A stretch of 45,466 nt of DNA from a bacterium (GTDB taxonomy: Bacteria; CLD3; SB21). The notes beneath the pieces were generated by a model. The model was given only the letters and a program-made list of their open reading frames with translations. It made no database searches and had not been told where the DNA came from. The position numbers were made by a program, and so were the translations under genes. The stretch lies in the NCBI GenBank assembly GCA_013360215.1, contig JABWCP010000026.1, positions 1 through 45,466 of the forward strand, in the 5' to 3' direction. Positions 29,399 through 37,568 of this stretch are shown here, piece after piece. Position 1 is the stretch's first letter, and every line of letters begins with the position of its first letter.

Positions 29399-31159
29399 TT
29401 ATTTTAGAATTTTCCAACCCCAATCTATCGCAGCACCCAACCCTTCTTTTGTTGCAATCACCCCTGTTCCGAAACTATTGCTAACAAACCTGCCGTTAAC
29501 CAAACCGAGAGTATTACTTGCAGCTCTGTATTGAGGCCCCGTAGCAAAGCCCGTTCCTCGAACAATTTTATCAGCCGCAAACCCAAATCGAATTGCAGCC
29601 CCTGCGCCTGTTGCGGTCTTTACCAGTTGGAGGTTTGCTTTATTCTCTGATCCGCCTAACAACACGGCATCAGTTTGTTCTATGAGTGTAGAGGTCGCGT
29701 CTGCTGCCAAACTATAAGCACCGGCTAAGCCCGCAAGTGGCAATGTTGCACCGCCAGTCGGCAAAGCCAATATCAGTGAAGCCGTGCCGACATAAAGAGA
29801 CATATCGCCAGATTGTTGAACTTTTTCATCAACAGCGCGAACCACTTGCGTCGTTGCCGCACCAACAATTGCAGTAGTTGTTAAAGCTTCATTGACATTT
29901 TGTTGAAGCTTTCCAACTTGAGATGTCATTTTAGCTTCAGTTTTATCTTTTTGTTCATCCATTCCGCCGCTGAAGAAAGTTCCTATTGCATCTACAAAAG
30001 TATCCCAAAATCCACCGCCATCGGAAGGATCTCCCCAAGTGCCATCGTGATCCATGAAATTCATAGGATCATTTCCTACATATTGATAAGGAGAAAGATA
30101 TTGGCCAAGTGGATCAATTGAATGCCACCTGCCAAGCTGTGGATCATAATAGCGAGCACCAAAATGGTACCAATTTAGACCGAGATATTCTTCAATCTCT
30201 TTACCATTGTAAATGACTTTATTGTCAATTGTAGGTGTTCCAAGACCCTCTATACGAAGGCCAAACGCATAAAAATGAGACTCGTCTTCTACCTCAGCAA
30301 CGCCATTATTATCATCGTCTATAAACATAACACGAGCGTTACCTAAATGATCACTAAGGGTATACTCGTACCTTACTGAGCCGTTTGACTTGCGTTTTAT
30401 CCTTCCTACATCTGTAAAGGAGTAATCCAGCGTCCCATTCTTATACACGAATCCTGATACGTAATCCTGTGTGAGGTCGATTGTTCCATTCTTATAAACA
30501 GTCTTACGAAGCTTAGCACCCGACACGGTATAAATCCACTCAATCCTATTCTGATGATCGGCCCCGAATTCGACCTTGGTGGGCAGATTGAGATAGTTGT
30601 ATTCGATACTCGTGATGCCTTTGTTTTTGTCTTGGGTCATATTACCATTGACATCGTAGCTGTATTCAGCCGTTGCCACGGGATTAGCTACATCATAGAC
30701 CAGATTGGAGCCGTTGTCTGCCATATCATATTTATTATTTCCCGAGATCACAGGGATCGCGTCTCCCACGGACATCAGTTGGTTACCTTTGTACTTGTAC
30801 GTCAGATTATCCATCGTACCATACCCTGAAGGCTGCCCGCTCGACCAAGCTGTCGCTCCACCGCGAATCAAACTTTGAATATTCCCATTGAGATCATACG
30901 TCGCTTGTTCGTTAAACCTTCCCGCATCCTGATTCCACGAGCCGTTGTATTTTTCGTATTCGGCGATGGAGAGCTGATTGATCTGATCGTATGTGTAGCC
31001 ATAGGCATGGCGTACTGTGGTAGATGAGGCCCATATTTGCTGGCTGATATTACCGTTATATTGCGCCGTGCCCGCGATAGCCGCATCCGTTGATTCGTAT
31101 TTGAGTTCCATACCGAAAAGATCTGTCCCTAGATTAGCCGGGTCGTTTATTTTTGTCAT
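29399..31159 (-). CDS. RHS repeat-associated core domain protein, N-terminally truncated orphan toxin module with a Gly/Ala-rich tip
   Basis: YD repeats (YTYDQINQL, YDLNGNI, YDVNGNM), SDHLGNARV, YNGKE...ARYYDPQLGRWHSIDP...SPYQYVGNDPMNFMDHDG. RHS-like text YKYNIRGW continues in frame upstream of the ATG to about 31186. Confidence 0.9.
   Translation of the reverse strand: MTKINDPANLGTDLFGMELKYESTDAAIAGTAQYNGNISQQIWASSTTVRHAYGYTYDQINQLSIAEYEKYNGSWNQDAGRFNEQATYDLNGNIQSLIRGGATAWSSGQPSGYGTMDNLTYKYKGNQLMSVGDAIPVISGNNKYDMADNGSNLVYDVANPVATAEYSYDVNGNMTQDKNKGITSIEYNYLNLPTKVEFGADHQNRIEWIYTVSGAKLRKTVYKNGTIDLTQDYVSGFVYKNGTLDYSFTDVGRIKRKSNGSVRYEYTLSDHLGNARVMFIDDDNNGVAEVEDESHFYAFGLRIEGLGTPTIDNKVIYNGKEIEEYLGLNWYHFGARYYDPQLGRWHSIDPLGQYLSPYQYVGNDPMNFMDHDGTWGDPSDGGGFWDTFVDAIGTFFSGGMDEQKDKTEAKMTSQVGKLQQNVNEALTTTAIVGAATTQVVRAVDEKVQQSGDMSLYVGTASLILALPTGGATLPLAGLAGAYSLAADATSTLIEQTDAVLLGGSENKANLQLVKTATGAGAAIRFGFAADKIVRGTGFATGPQYRAASNTLGLVNGRFVSNSFGTGVIATKEGLGAAIDWGWKILK
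30039..30654 (-). repeat. RHS core homology block, copy 1
   Basis: From VNGNM to DxDGT; similar at DNA and protein level to 32381-32993. Confidence 0.85.
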
Positions 31160-31225
31160 CCAGCCGCGGATGTTGTACTTGTAATACCCCTTTAAGACAG
31201 CACCAGTTATGTTTTCAAAACAAAT

Positions 31226-31780
31226 CTATTTCGGCTTGCGATAAAATCGATACATCAGCCAATCTGTAAATATAGATCCTCTTGAATAATAGTGTGATCC
31301 AATCGATCTCTTATTAAACGAAAGATAGAAGATGTTGCTTTCCGGACCTATATATAAACTTACTGTATCCTGATGTAGTGTGAAATCAATTTTGAGTTTC
31401 ATAAAATAATGGGTTGGGCCCTTGAACACACCGTCTTCATAGTTATTCAAATCATGGACTTGTTGCCTAATCTGCTCCATGTCAAGAGTAGATAAATCAA
31501 ATATCGAATCCGTTACGCAATTCTCATACTGTTCAGGAAGCACCCAATGGCTAAATTTTTTTACGCAACTATCCATATCAAAGAAATAAATTACAGCATT
31601 TTCACTGCTGTCAATTATGGCTAGTATTTTTTCAGTAAAGAATCTGGCATATACACTATCTCTATCATAAAGATAGTTTCGTTGCTGTTGTTGAATTGGA
31701 CTCAATTTTACTTTTTCACTAACACACGAATTTAGTGTCAAAATACTTGCTACTATAAGAAAAAGATACATTGCCATCAC
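31226..31780 (-). CDS. Hypothetical lipoprotein, putative immunity protein
   Basis: GTGA overlap with the upstream RHS stop; lipobox-like LTLNSC; AT-rich. Confidence 0.65.
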   Translation of the reverse strand: MMAMYLFLIVASILTLNSCVSEKVKLSPIQQQQRNYLYDRDSVYARFFTEKILAIIDSSENAVIYFFDMDSCVKKFSHWVLPEQYENCVTDSIFDLSTLDMEQIRQQVHDLNNYEDGVFKGPTHYFMKLKIDFTLHQDTVSLYIGPESNIFYLSFNKRSIGSHYYSRGSIFTDWLMYRFYRKPK

Positions 31781-33039
31781 TTTCCTCTCTTAACAGTAAT
31801 TTGTTCTAATGTTTTCTTCTGGTTTAGAGGAGTAAGAACAGGTTTTCCATCCTTTGTGTCTCCAACCCAAATATAATCATCGTATCCTGTAACAGATACG
31901 TTTTTACTGCCTTGGAAAAGATTGGCAAATACCAGACCTACTGCGCCAGCAGAATTACAGCCTACTAATTCCACAGAAACATCTTTGCTAAAAGATACAC
32001 CTCCATCCGAAAGCGTCTTAAAAATTTCGGTCCCCGACATTTGTTCCGTTATATCCTTCGTACCACTACTATTTTTTGTGGCATTGAATCCAAAATGATC
32101 TCCAAGAATACCCTCTCCTGCATGAGACACTAATATCACTTTTGTAACTTGTTGAACATTGCCAATCTCTTTAGGGATACTTGAAACTTCTGATGCTTTA
32201 TTAACATTTACTATTTTAATATTATCTTTTTGATATCCTGCAGCCTCCAGCTCCCTTGCTCTGGCTTCTGCATAAGCCTGAAAACCTTCCCAAGCCTCGT
32301 GCCCATTTTTGTCTTTTAAACCAGACTCATCCCCACCAACTATGATCAGAGCTACACCATTGTTTCCTCCTTCACTTTCTGTGCCGTCGGGATCGACCAA
32401 ATTCACCGGATCATTGCCGACATAGGCATAAGGTGAAATAAATTCACCAGCTGGGTCAATCGCGTGCCATCTTCCGAGTTGCGGATCATAATATCGAGCC
32501 TGATAATCGTACCAACCAAGCCCAAGATCATTCTCAAGTTCTTTTCCGTTGTACGTGAATTTATTATCCGGATTGGATGTGGAAAGCCCTTCTATTCGCA
32601 TACCGAATGCATAGTACGCCGAGTATTCGAGTGTCTCAGCCGAGCCGTTGGCATCATCATCGGTGAATGTCACACGTGCATTACCCAAGTGATCGGCTAG
32701 TGTGTATTCGTACCTCAGAATACCGTTGGATTTGCGTTTGATGCGACCAGTCTCTGTAGAAAAGAAATCGAGAATTCCGTTTTTGTACACAAACCGGCTT
32801 ACATAATTCTGAGTCAGTGTGAGATTCCCGCTTGTATAAACACGTTTTTCAAGTTTAACGCCCGATACCGTGTACGTCCATTCAATCCTGTTATTGCTGC
32901 TTCCAAATTCGACTTTCGTCGGCAGATTGAGATAGTTGTATTCGATGCTCGTGATTCCCTTGCTCTTATCGGAAGTCATGTTACCATTGACATTTTGATG
33001 AAACCCAAATAAAGCTTTTTCGGAAGCACCTCTGATCAA
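31777..33039 (-). CDS. RHS repeat-associated core domain protein, truncated orphan module with a His/Cys protease-like tip
   Basis: RHS similarity begins abruptly at about 32993 (VNGNMTSDKSKG); ADHLGNARV, YNGKELE, ARYYDPQLGRWHAIDP, DPVNLVDPDG; tip contains VILVSHAGEG...VELVGCNSA. True start uncertain. Confidence 0.88.
   Translation of the reverse strand: MIRGASEKALFGFHQNVNGNMTSDKSKGITSIEYNYLNLPTKVEFGSSNNRIEWTYTVSGVKLEKRVYTSGNLTLTQNYVSRFVYKNGILDFFSTETGRIKRKSNGILRYEYTLADHLGNARVTFTDDDANGSAETLEYSAYYAFGMRIEGLSTSNPDNKFTYNGKELENDLGLGWYDYQARYYDPQLGRWHAIDPAGEFISPYAYVGNDPVNLVDPDGTESEGGNNGVALIIVGGDESGLKDKNGHEAWEGFQAYAEARARELEAAGYQKDNIKIVNVNKASEVSSIPKEIGNVQQVTKVILVSHAGEGILGDHFGFNATKNSSGTKDITEQMSGTEIFKTLSDGGVSFSKDVSVELVGCNSAGAVGLVFANLFQGSKNVSVTGYDDYIWVGDTKDGKPVLTPLNQKKTLEQITVKRGK
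32381..32993 (-). repeat. RHS core homology block, copy 2
   Basis: Similar to 30039-30654, one codon shorter. Confidence 0.85.
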
Positions 33040-33071
33040 GACGTGAATAGATAAAAGTAACTAAGGAATTT

Positions 33072-33563
33072 TTAAAAATTATATTTATTTACTATTTGTT
33101 TAGTTTTGGTATCAAATTTAGAACGATCAACTTTCGAAGCTATGAGTTTGAGTGCCTTTTTATAGTTTGACCAAAAAAAACCTATATTAAAACTGAAATA
33201 ACCACTGGAAGTTATAACATTTATCCAAATTATTTTAAGAGGCATCCATGATGGGCTAAAACAATTAACACTTTTTATGTCAGTCCAATTAAATGCGTTT
33301 TTTTTTCCAATCCATTTCGTTCTATACTTAAATCCCCATGATGAAATGCCTCCTATAGTATTTAAAGAAGTACGATCAGTTAGAATAACAACTAAAATTA
33401 AAAACATAAAAATTGTGCTAAAGATGCCTTTCCAATTTTTCACTAGAAAATCAAAACTAAAGTATTTTATTGTGAAATAAGCGGCCAAACAAATACCACA
33501 AAGCATAAATAATTTCCATACAATTTTCCATTGTACTCGAATATCTTCTGTCGTTTTAATCAT
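33072..33563 (-). CDS. Hypothetical membrane protein, orphan immunity-like
   Basis: Very AT-rich ORF with two TM helices and a soluble C-terminal part (F.W.DI..V). ATG 33563 preferred over GTG 33596. Confidence 0.6.
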   Translation of the reverse strand: MIKTTEDIRVQWKIVWKLFMLCGICLAAYFTIKYFSFDFLVKNWKGIFSTIFMFLILVVILTDRTSLNTIGGISSWGFKYRTKWIGKKNAFNWTDIKSVNCFSPSWMPLKIIWINVITSSGYFSFNIGFFWSNYKKALKLIASKVDRSKFDTKTKQIVNKYNF

Positions 33564-33761
33564 TTTAGAGGCCTCTCTCCTCGCCTCGGCTTTCACGCAG
33601 TCAGGCGTGACAATCCTCGGCGTCTCTCTTATTTCCGTTAACTACGTCACGCTCAGTCAAAACAGCGCATCTAGTGTGAGTAATAGATGCAGGATAACTA
33701 TCTCGCCAACACAACAGACGTATATCTAGAACTTAATACTGTCCACTGTGAGTGAACATAA

Positions 33762-33980
33762 TTACATGTGATTACAAGCGAATTTGATCAAACTAGAAAA
33801 TACCAAAAAAGCTGTTCCAATAAATACGGTGATTATCCAACGCATCTGATAACCTGGTAAATTCTCCCAGTCATGCCAGTGTTTGAAATAAGTCAACGAT
33901 ATTAGTAGTGCAACTATTGCTGAAAAATAAATAGGATCAATTCCGATACTAACTAATAAATCATAAAGTTTGTCTGCCAT
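33762..33980 (-). CDS. Small two-TM hypothetical protein, orphan immunity-like
   Basis: 72 aa, two hydrophobic helices, same strand as the RHS cluster. Confidence 0.55.
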   Translation of the reverse strand: MADKLYDLLVSIGIDPIYFSAIVALLISLTYFKHWHDWENLPGYQMRWIITVFIGTAFLVFSSLIKFACNHM

Positions 33981-34204
33981 TTTTAATTACTTTTTTATAT
34001 CAGTTAGTTTTATATCAATTTCTACTCCACCAGCTTGAATATAAAACCATCCCCTCGCTTTACACTTTTAATTATCATTAATGTTCATATCCAATTGATT
34101 GTAGCATAGGTCCTCGGACACAAAAAAGCTAATTCGCTCCCGCTTGTGCGGATCAGACGAGCAGAGTAGGTAAGCACGCTTTTTATGTAATCCATATTCA
34201 ACGA

Positions 34205-34735
34205 TTACTTACAATCTCTTTTTGAATTCGGCAAACAGGGATATACTTCATATTTTGTTCCGAAAAGCAATCCCGTCGGAATTCCAACCAATCCTCCCAA
34301 TAAGCCATTAGAAATAGCAATCAGGAAATAATCACCGGTAGAAAAAGGAACACCGGAATTTCCAAGTTTTGTCAATGCAACGCTTCCGACTGCCCCGGTT
34401 GCAAATCCGATCGCCGATCCGCGGTACATACCTTCCTTACGATTGCGCCATGACAGCATGATCAAATCTTTTAATGCCGCACTGTCTCTTTGAGTGGTTT
34501 TCACATGTGACCAGATAATATGTGTGTCCGTAAGTGTGATGTGATCGGCCTTTATCGTTCCCTTTTTTTTGACGTTTATTTCACATGTACGGTCATTTAA
34601 TTTAGAAGTAAGCGCATCTCGATTGGATGCGTTTTCCATATTCACCGAGAACGAACTGGAACAAGAGGAATAAATGACTACATTCAAAAAGAGGAGTATC
34701 GTTTTGCTCAATCGAGAAAATATTACGTGGTACAT
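34205..34735 (-). CDS. Hypothetical lipoprotein with a glycine-zipper C-terminus
   Basis: Lipobox-like YSSC; G..IG..TGAVG and GLLGGLVGIPTGLLFG segments. Confidence 0.65.
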   Translation of the reverse strand: MYHVIFSRLSKTILLFLNVVIYSSCSSSFSVNMENASNRDALTSKLNDRTCEINVKKKGTIKADHITLTDTHIIWSHVKTTQRDSAALKDLIMLSWRNRKEGMYRGSAIGFATGAVGSVALTKLGNSGVPFSTGDYFLIAISNGLLGGLVGIPTGLLFGTKYEVYPCLPNSKRDCK

Positions 34736-34922
34736 AAGTTCATTTCCTATCTATGTAAATTATTTTTATCTGAAATGATTGTAGAATGAAAAAATATTGG
34801 TGTTTAAAGCCCCCGAAATCATCTGTGATTTTTGATTAAAACCGGCAAAACTCTCCGTTACGAAGAACTACATTCATTGAAAATTTTAAGTTAATGTTAA
34901 AGTTTCTCAATTAATAAAAATT

Positions 34923-34958
34923 AAAAAACCGACCATTAATAATTTAATGATCGGTTTT
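34923..34958 (-). terminator. Rho-independent terminator downstream of the displaced tRNA-Val copy
   Basis: Minus strand AAAACCGATCATTAA-ATTA-TTAATGGTCGGTTTTTT. Confidence 0.75.
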
Positions 34959-34983
34959 ACATTTTGACACATCAAAAATGATG

Positions 34984-35058
34984 TGGGCGCTCATGGATTC
35001 GAACCAAGGACCTTCTCGGTGTAAGCGAGACGCTCTAAACCAGCTGAGCTATGTGTTC
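34984..35058 (-). pseudogene. Degenerate tRNA-Val(TAC) copy (att-like duplicate)
   Basis: 34983-35051 is identical to the intact tRNA at 36581-36649, but the 5' acceptor strand reads GAACACA instead of GGGCGCT, leaving four mismatches against AGCGCCC. Confidence 0.8.
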
Positions 35059-35276
35059 GAAACATGCGGTTAAAAATAAACTAAATTTTCAATACCTCAA
35101 GAAACGATTGTAATATTTTTTTAATTTTTTCTTCATTCTACACGCCACACCCTCAAAATCTGTTTTATTGAAAAAATCAGTTTAATTCCAGAATCCAACT
35201 AATCTTATTAAAGACTTTTCTTTACCATCGTTCAAGAGCGTAATTCTTTCATTTAGTGCTAATCGCCCAATTAGCA

Positions 35277-35747
35277 TCACCACTGCGGTTTGTCAGACCA
35301 TTCATAACCATAAATATCATTATTTAAGATATCTTTGATATTTGAATTAAACGAATACGCTCCCTCATCACCGTTATTAAAAAACAAGAACTCATTTCTA
35401 TCTGTATTAATTTTAACATAATAAATAACGCAACTGTTAGTGTCTAAAGTTTTCTCTAATCCAAACTTTATGTTTAAAATATTATCTTGCAGCAATCTAA
35501 ACAAATCGGCATCGCGGTCAGTCACATAACTTACCAAAAAAGAGTCATATTTTATGTCATTTAAAAACAACCATTTTTCCTCTATATTGAAGGCTACTAT
35601 TTCACCATCATCGCCGATGCTTAATTTAAAAGTAAGTTTTTCATCTAAATAACTAACATTAAAATGGAGTTCTAAAAGTATGTCTTGTAAAACAACCTTT
35701 ATGATTTCTCTTATTTTGGCTTGCTTTATTTTCTCTATTTTTTCCAT
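35277..35747 (-). CDS. Hypothetical acidic protein, orphan immunity-like
   Basis: 156-aa AT-rich ORF between the two tRNA-Val copies; no family recognised. Confidence 0.6.
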   Translation of the reverse strand: MEKIEKIKQAKIREIIKVVLQDILLELHFNVSYLDEKLTFKLSIGDDGEIVAFNIEEKWLFLNDIKYDSFLVSYVTDRDADLFRLLQDNILNIKFGLEKTLDTNSCVIYYVKINTDRNEFLFFNNGDEGAYSFNSNIKDILNNDIYGYEWSDKPQW

Positions 35748-35862
35748 ATTGTAACTGCATTATTGAAATGCTTGTTTCCGGCGGCGTAGGAAATAACAGT
35801 GAAATCATCACAAACATGCTGTTATTTCAAAAAAAACCAAATGAAACATTACGGAAAATACT

Positions 35863-36183
35863 TTACAAATTTGTTTCCCAATACTCGTCATATGCTGCAA
35901 ATAGAACAAAATCATGATCTTTATTTATATCGTAGTCCTTCATTGCTACTACCATACTTTCTACAAAAAAATCTGGGATATGAGCGTTAGTGTCTGTTAC
36001 TATATCATCTAAAAGTTCTAATTCCAATTCAGATGGGTCCGTAGCATAAACTGCAGTTAGCAGTATCCTGTTTGAATCGACATAGACATCCATGTCGATT
36101 CTTCTTAAATTGTTTGTTATTTTAAATGTCAAAAATTTAAGAGCAATTGAGTATAACTTGTGTTTTTTTTGTTCAATTGTCAT
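35863..36183 (-). CDS. Hypothetical small acidic protein, orphan immunity-like
   Basis: 106-aa AT-rich ORF with an acidic C-terminal half, 8 nt downstream of a possible toxin-tip remnant. Confidence 0.6.
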   Translation of the reverse strand: MTIEQKKHKLYSIALKFLTFKITNNLRRIDMDVYVDSNRILLTAVYATDPSELELELLDDIVTDTNAHIPDFFVESMVVAMKDYDINKDHDFVLFAAYDEYWETNL

Positions 36184-36581
36184 TTTTTACTTAAACCTTT
36201 TTGTGTTTGGATGTTTCTCCTGCATGAGTATCATCTAGCACTTGAACAGCTTCATCTACACTCTTTAAGTAACTTTTCCACCAAGTTTTTTGCTGCCAAC
36301 AGTACTAATAGTTTAGGCGTGAACGGATTCATGTTCCAAAATGGATACGGGCCCACACCTGTATGGGACCACAGGTAGAACAAAAACCTCTGAAATATAT
36401 AGCTGAGCAATACAATGGTTGATATATAAACCCACTTTATCTTTAGTTTGCTCTAATTTCATAGTATGGATCTGCTTTCTGCGATAGGATCAATATATGC
36501 AGAATAGAAAAACCTTACGTCTTATAAAAGACACTGTGGTAAAAAAATGATTGAAACGATGAAGGAAGATGCTAATAGAAG

Positions 36582-36656
36582 TGGGCGCTCATGGATTCGA
36601 ACCAAGGACCTTCTCGGTGTAAGCGAGACGCTCTAAACCAGCTGAGCTAAGCGCCC
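36582..36656 (-). tRNA. tRNA-Val (anticodon TAC)
   Basis: GGGCGCTTAGCTCAGCTGGTTTAGAGCGTCTCGCTTACACCGAGAAGGTCCTTGGTTCGAATCCATGAGCGCCCA; full cloverleaf, TTCGAAT T-loop, CCA not encoded. Confidence 0.96.
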
Positions 36657-36670
36657 GAAAAAATGTGGAT

Positions 36671-36709
36671 AGCGAGACGTCACGCCAACGGCGTGACTAA
36701 GCGCCCGAA
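36671..36709 (-). repeat. tRNA-Val 5'-half mimic with the D-arm replaced by a perfect palindrome
   Basis: TTCGGGCGCTTA-[GTCACGCC GTT GGCGTGAC]-GTCTCGCT versus the tRNA TTCGGGCGCTTA-[GCTCAGCTGGTTTAGAGC]-GTCTCGCT. Confidence 0.8.
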
Positions 36710-36746
36710 GTATGTACTTCAAAAAACGCGGGGCGAATATAATACC

Positions 36747-37568
36747 TCAAACCCCCGATTGCAAGAGTTTTCCTATCTGATCGCGTAAATATTCTGTCGC
36801 CTTACGTGCCGCATCTTCAAAATCTTTTCCGTTAGAAGCATAAATAATATTGCGGGACGAATTGATCAATGCACGCAGCGTCTCCCCCGATGCGTTGGAT
36901 TGGACGACGCTAGCCAGGTCGCCCCCCTGCGCTCCGATGCCCGGCACCAAAAAAGGCATATCCCCCGCCGCTTCACGAACGGACTTCATATCGTCCGGAT
37001 GCGTCGCACCGACGACCAATCCGATATTGCCGGATGTATTCCATAATTGCGATTTTTCGGCAACATGACGATACAAAGGTTTTCCGTCGATCATCTTGTA
37101 TTGAAAGTCGTGCGAACCGCTATTGGACGTCAGGCATAAAATAAACGCCCCGTATTCGGGATCTTTGACAAAAGGCGACACCGAATCCCATCCCATATAC
37201 GGATTGACCGTCACACAGTCAAACTCAAGGTCTTCAAAAATAGACTGCGCATACATGGCCGCCGTATTGCCAATGTCACCGCGTTTGGCATCGGCCACGG
37301 TGATGATATCCGGATTTTTGGCACGAATATAGGCTACCGTCTCACGCAACGCTTCCATGCCCACCACGCCATGCCCTTCATAAAAAGCAAAGTTAGGCTT
37401 ATATGCGCCTACCAAATCTATCGTCGCATCCACGATGCGGCAGTTAAATTCCAGAATCGGATTAGGAGCCGAATGCAGAAATTCCGGTATCAAACGCATG
37501 TCCGTATCAAGCCCGACACACACCGGGCTCAGCTGCATCGCCTGCTGCAAACGATCGCGAAAGCTCAT
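36747..37568 (-). CDS. pyrF: Orotidine-5'-phosphate decarboxylase (subfamily 2)
   Basis: VCVGLD, YKPNFAFYE, DAKRGDIGNT, TVNPYMG, GLVVGAT, LVPGIGAQGG, INSSR. Confidence 0.96.
   Translation of the reverse strand: MSFRDRLQQAMQLSPVCVGLDTDMRLIPEFLHSAPNPILEFNCRIVDATIDLVGAYKPNFAFYEGHGVVGMEALRETVAYIRAKNPDIITVADAKRGDIGNTAAMYAQSIFEDLEFDCVTVNPYMGWDSVSPFVKDPEYGAFILCLTSNSGSHDFQYKMIDGKPLYRHVAEKSQLWNTSGNIGLVVGATHPDDMKSVREAAGDMPFLVPGIGAQGGDLASVVQSNASGETLRALINSSRNIIYASNGKDFEDAARKATEYLRDQIGKLLQSGV

Noticed and set aside
31160-31228. Stop-codon readthrough fusing the lipoprotein gene to the downstream RHS fragment (same frame)
   Set aside because: A one-in-three chance coincidence with no recoding signal; a truncation junction explains it.
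34120-34185. Hammerhead ribozyme (CTGA plus stem on the minus strand)
   Set aside because: The core CUGANGA and GAAA elements are not satisfied.
35410-35438. dif-like XerD arm TTTAACATAA
   Set aside because: Lies inside a coding region and lacks a matching XerC arm.
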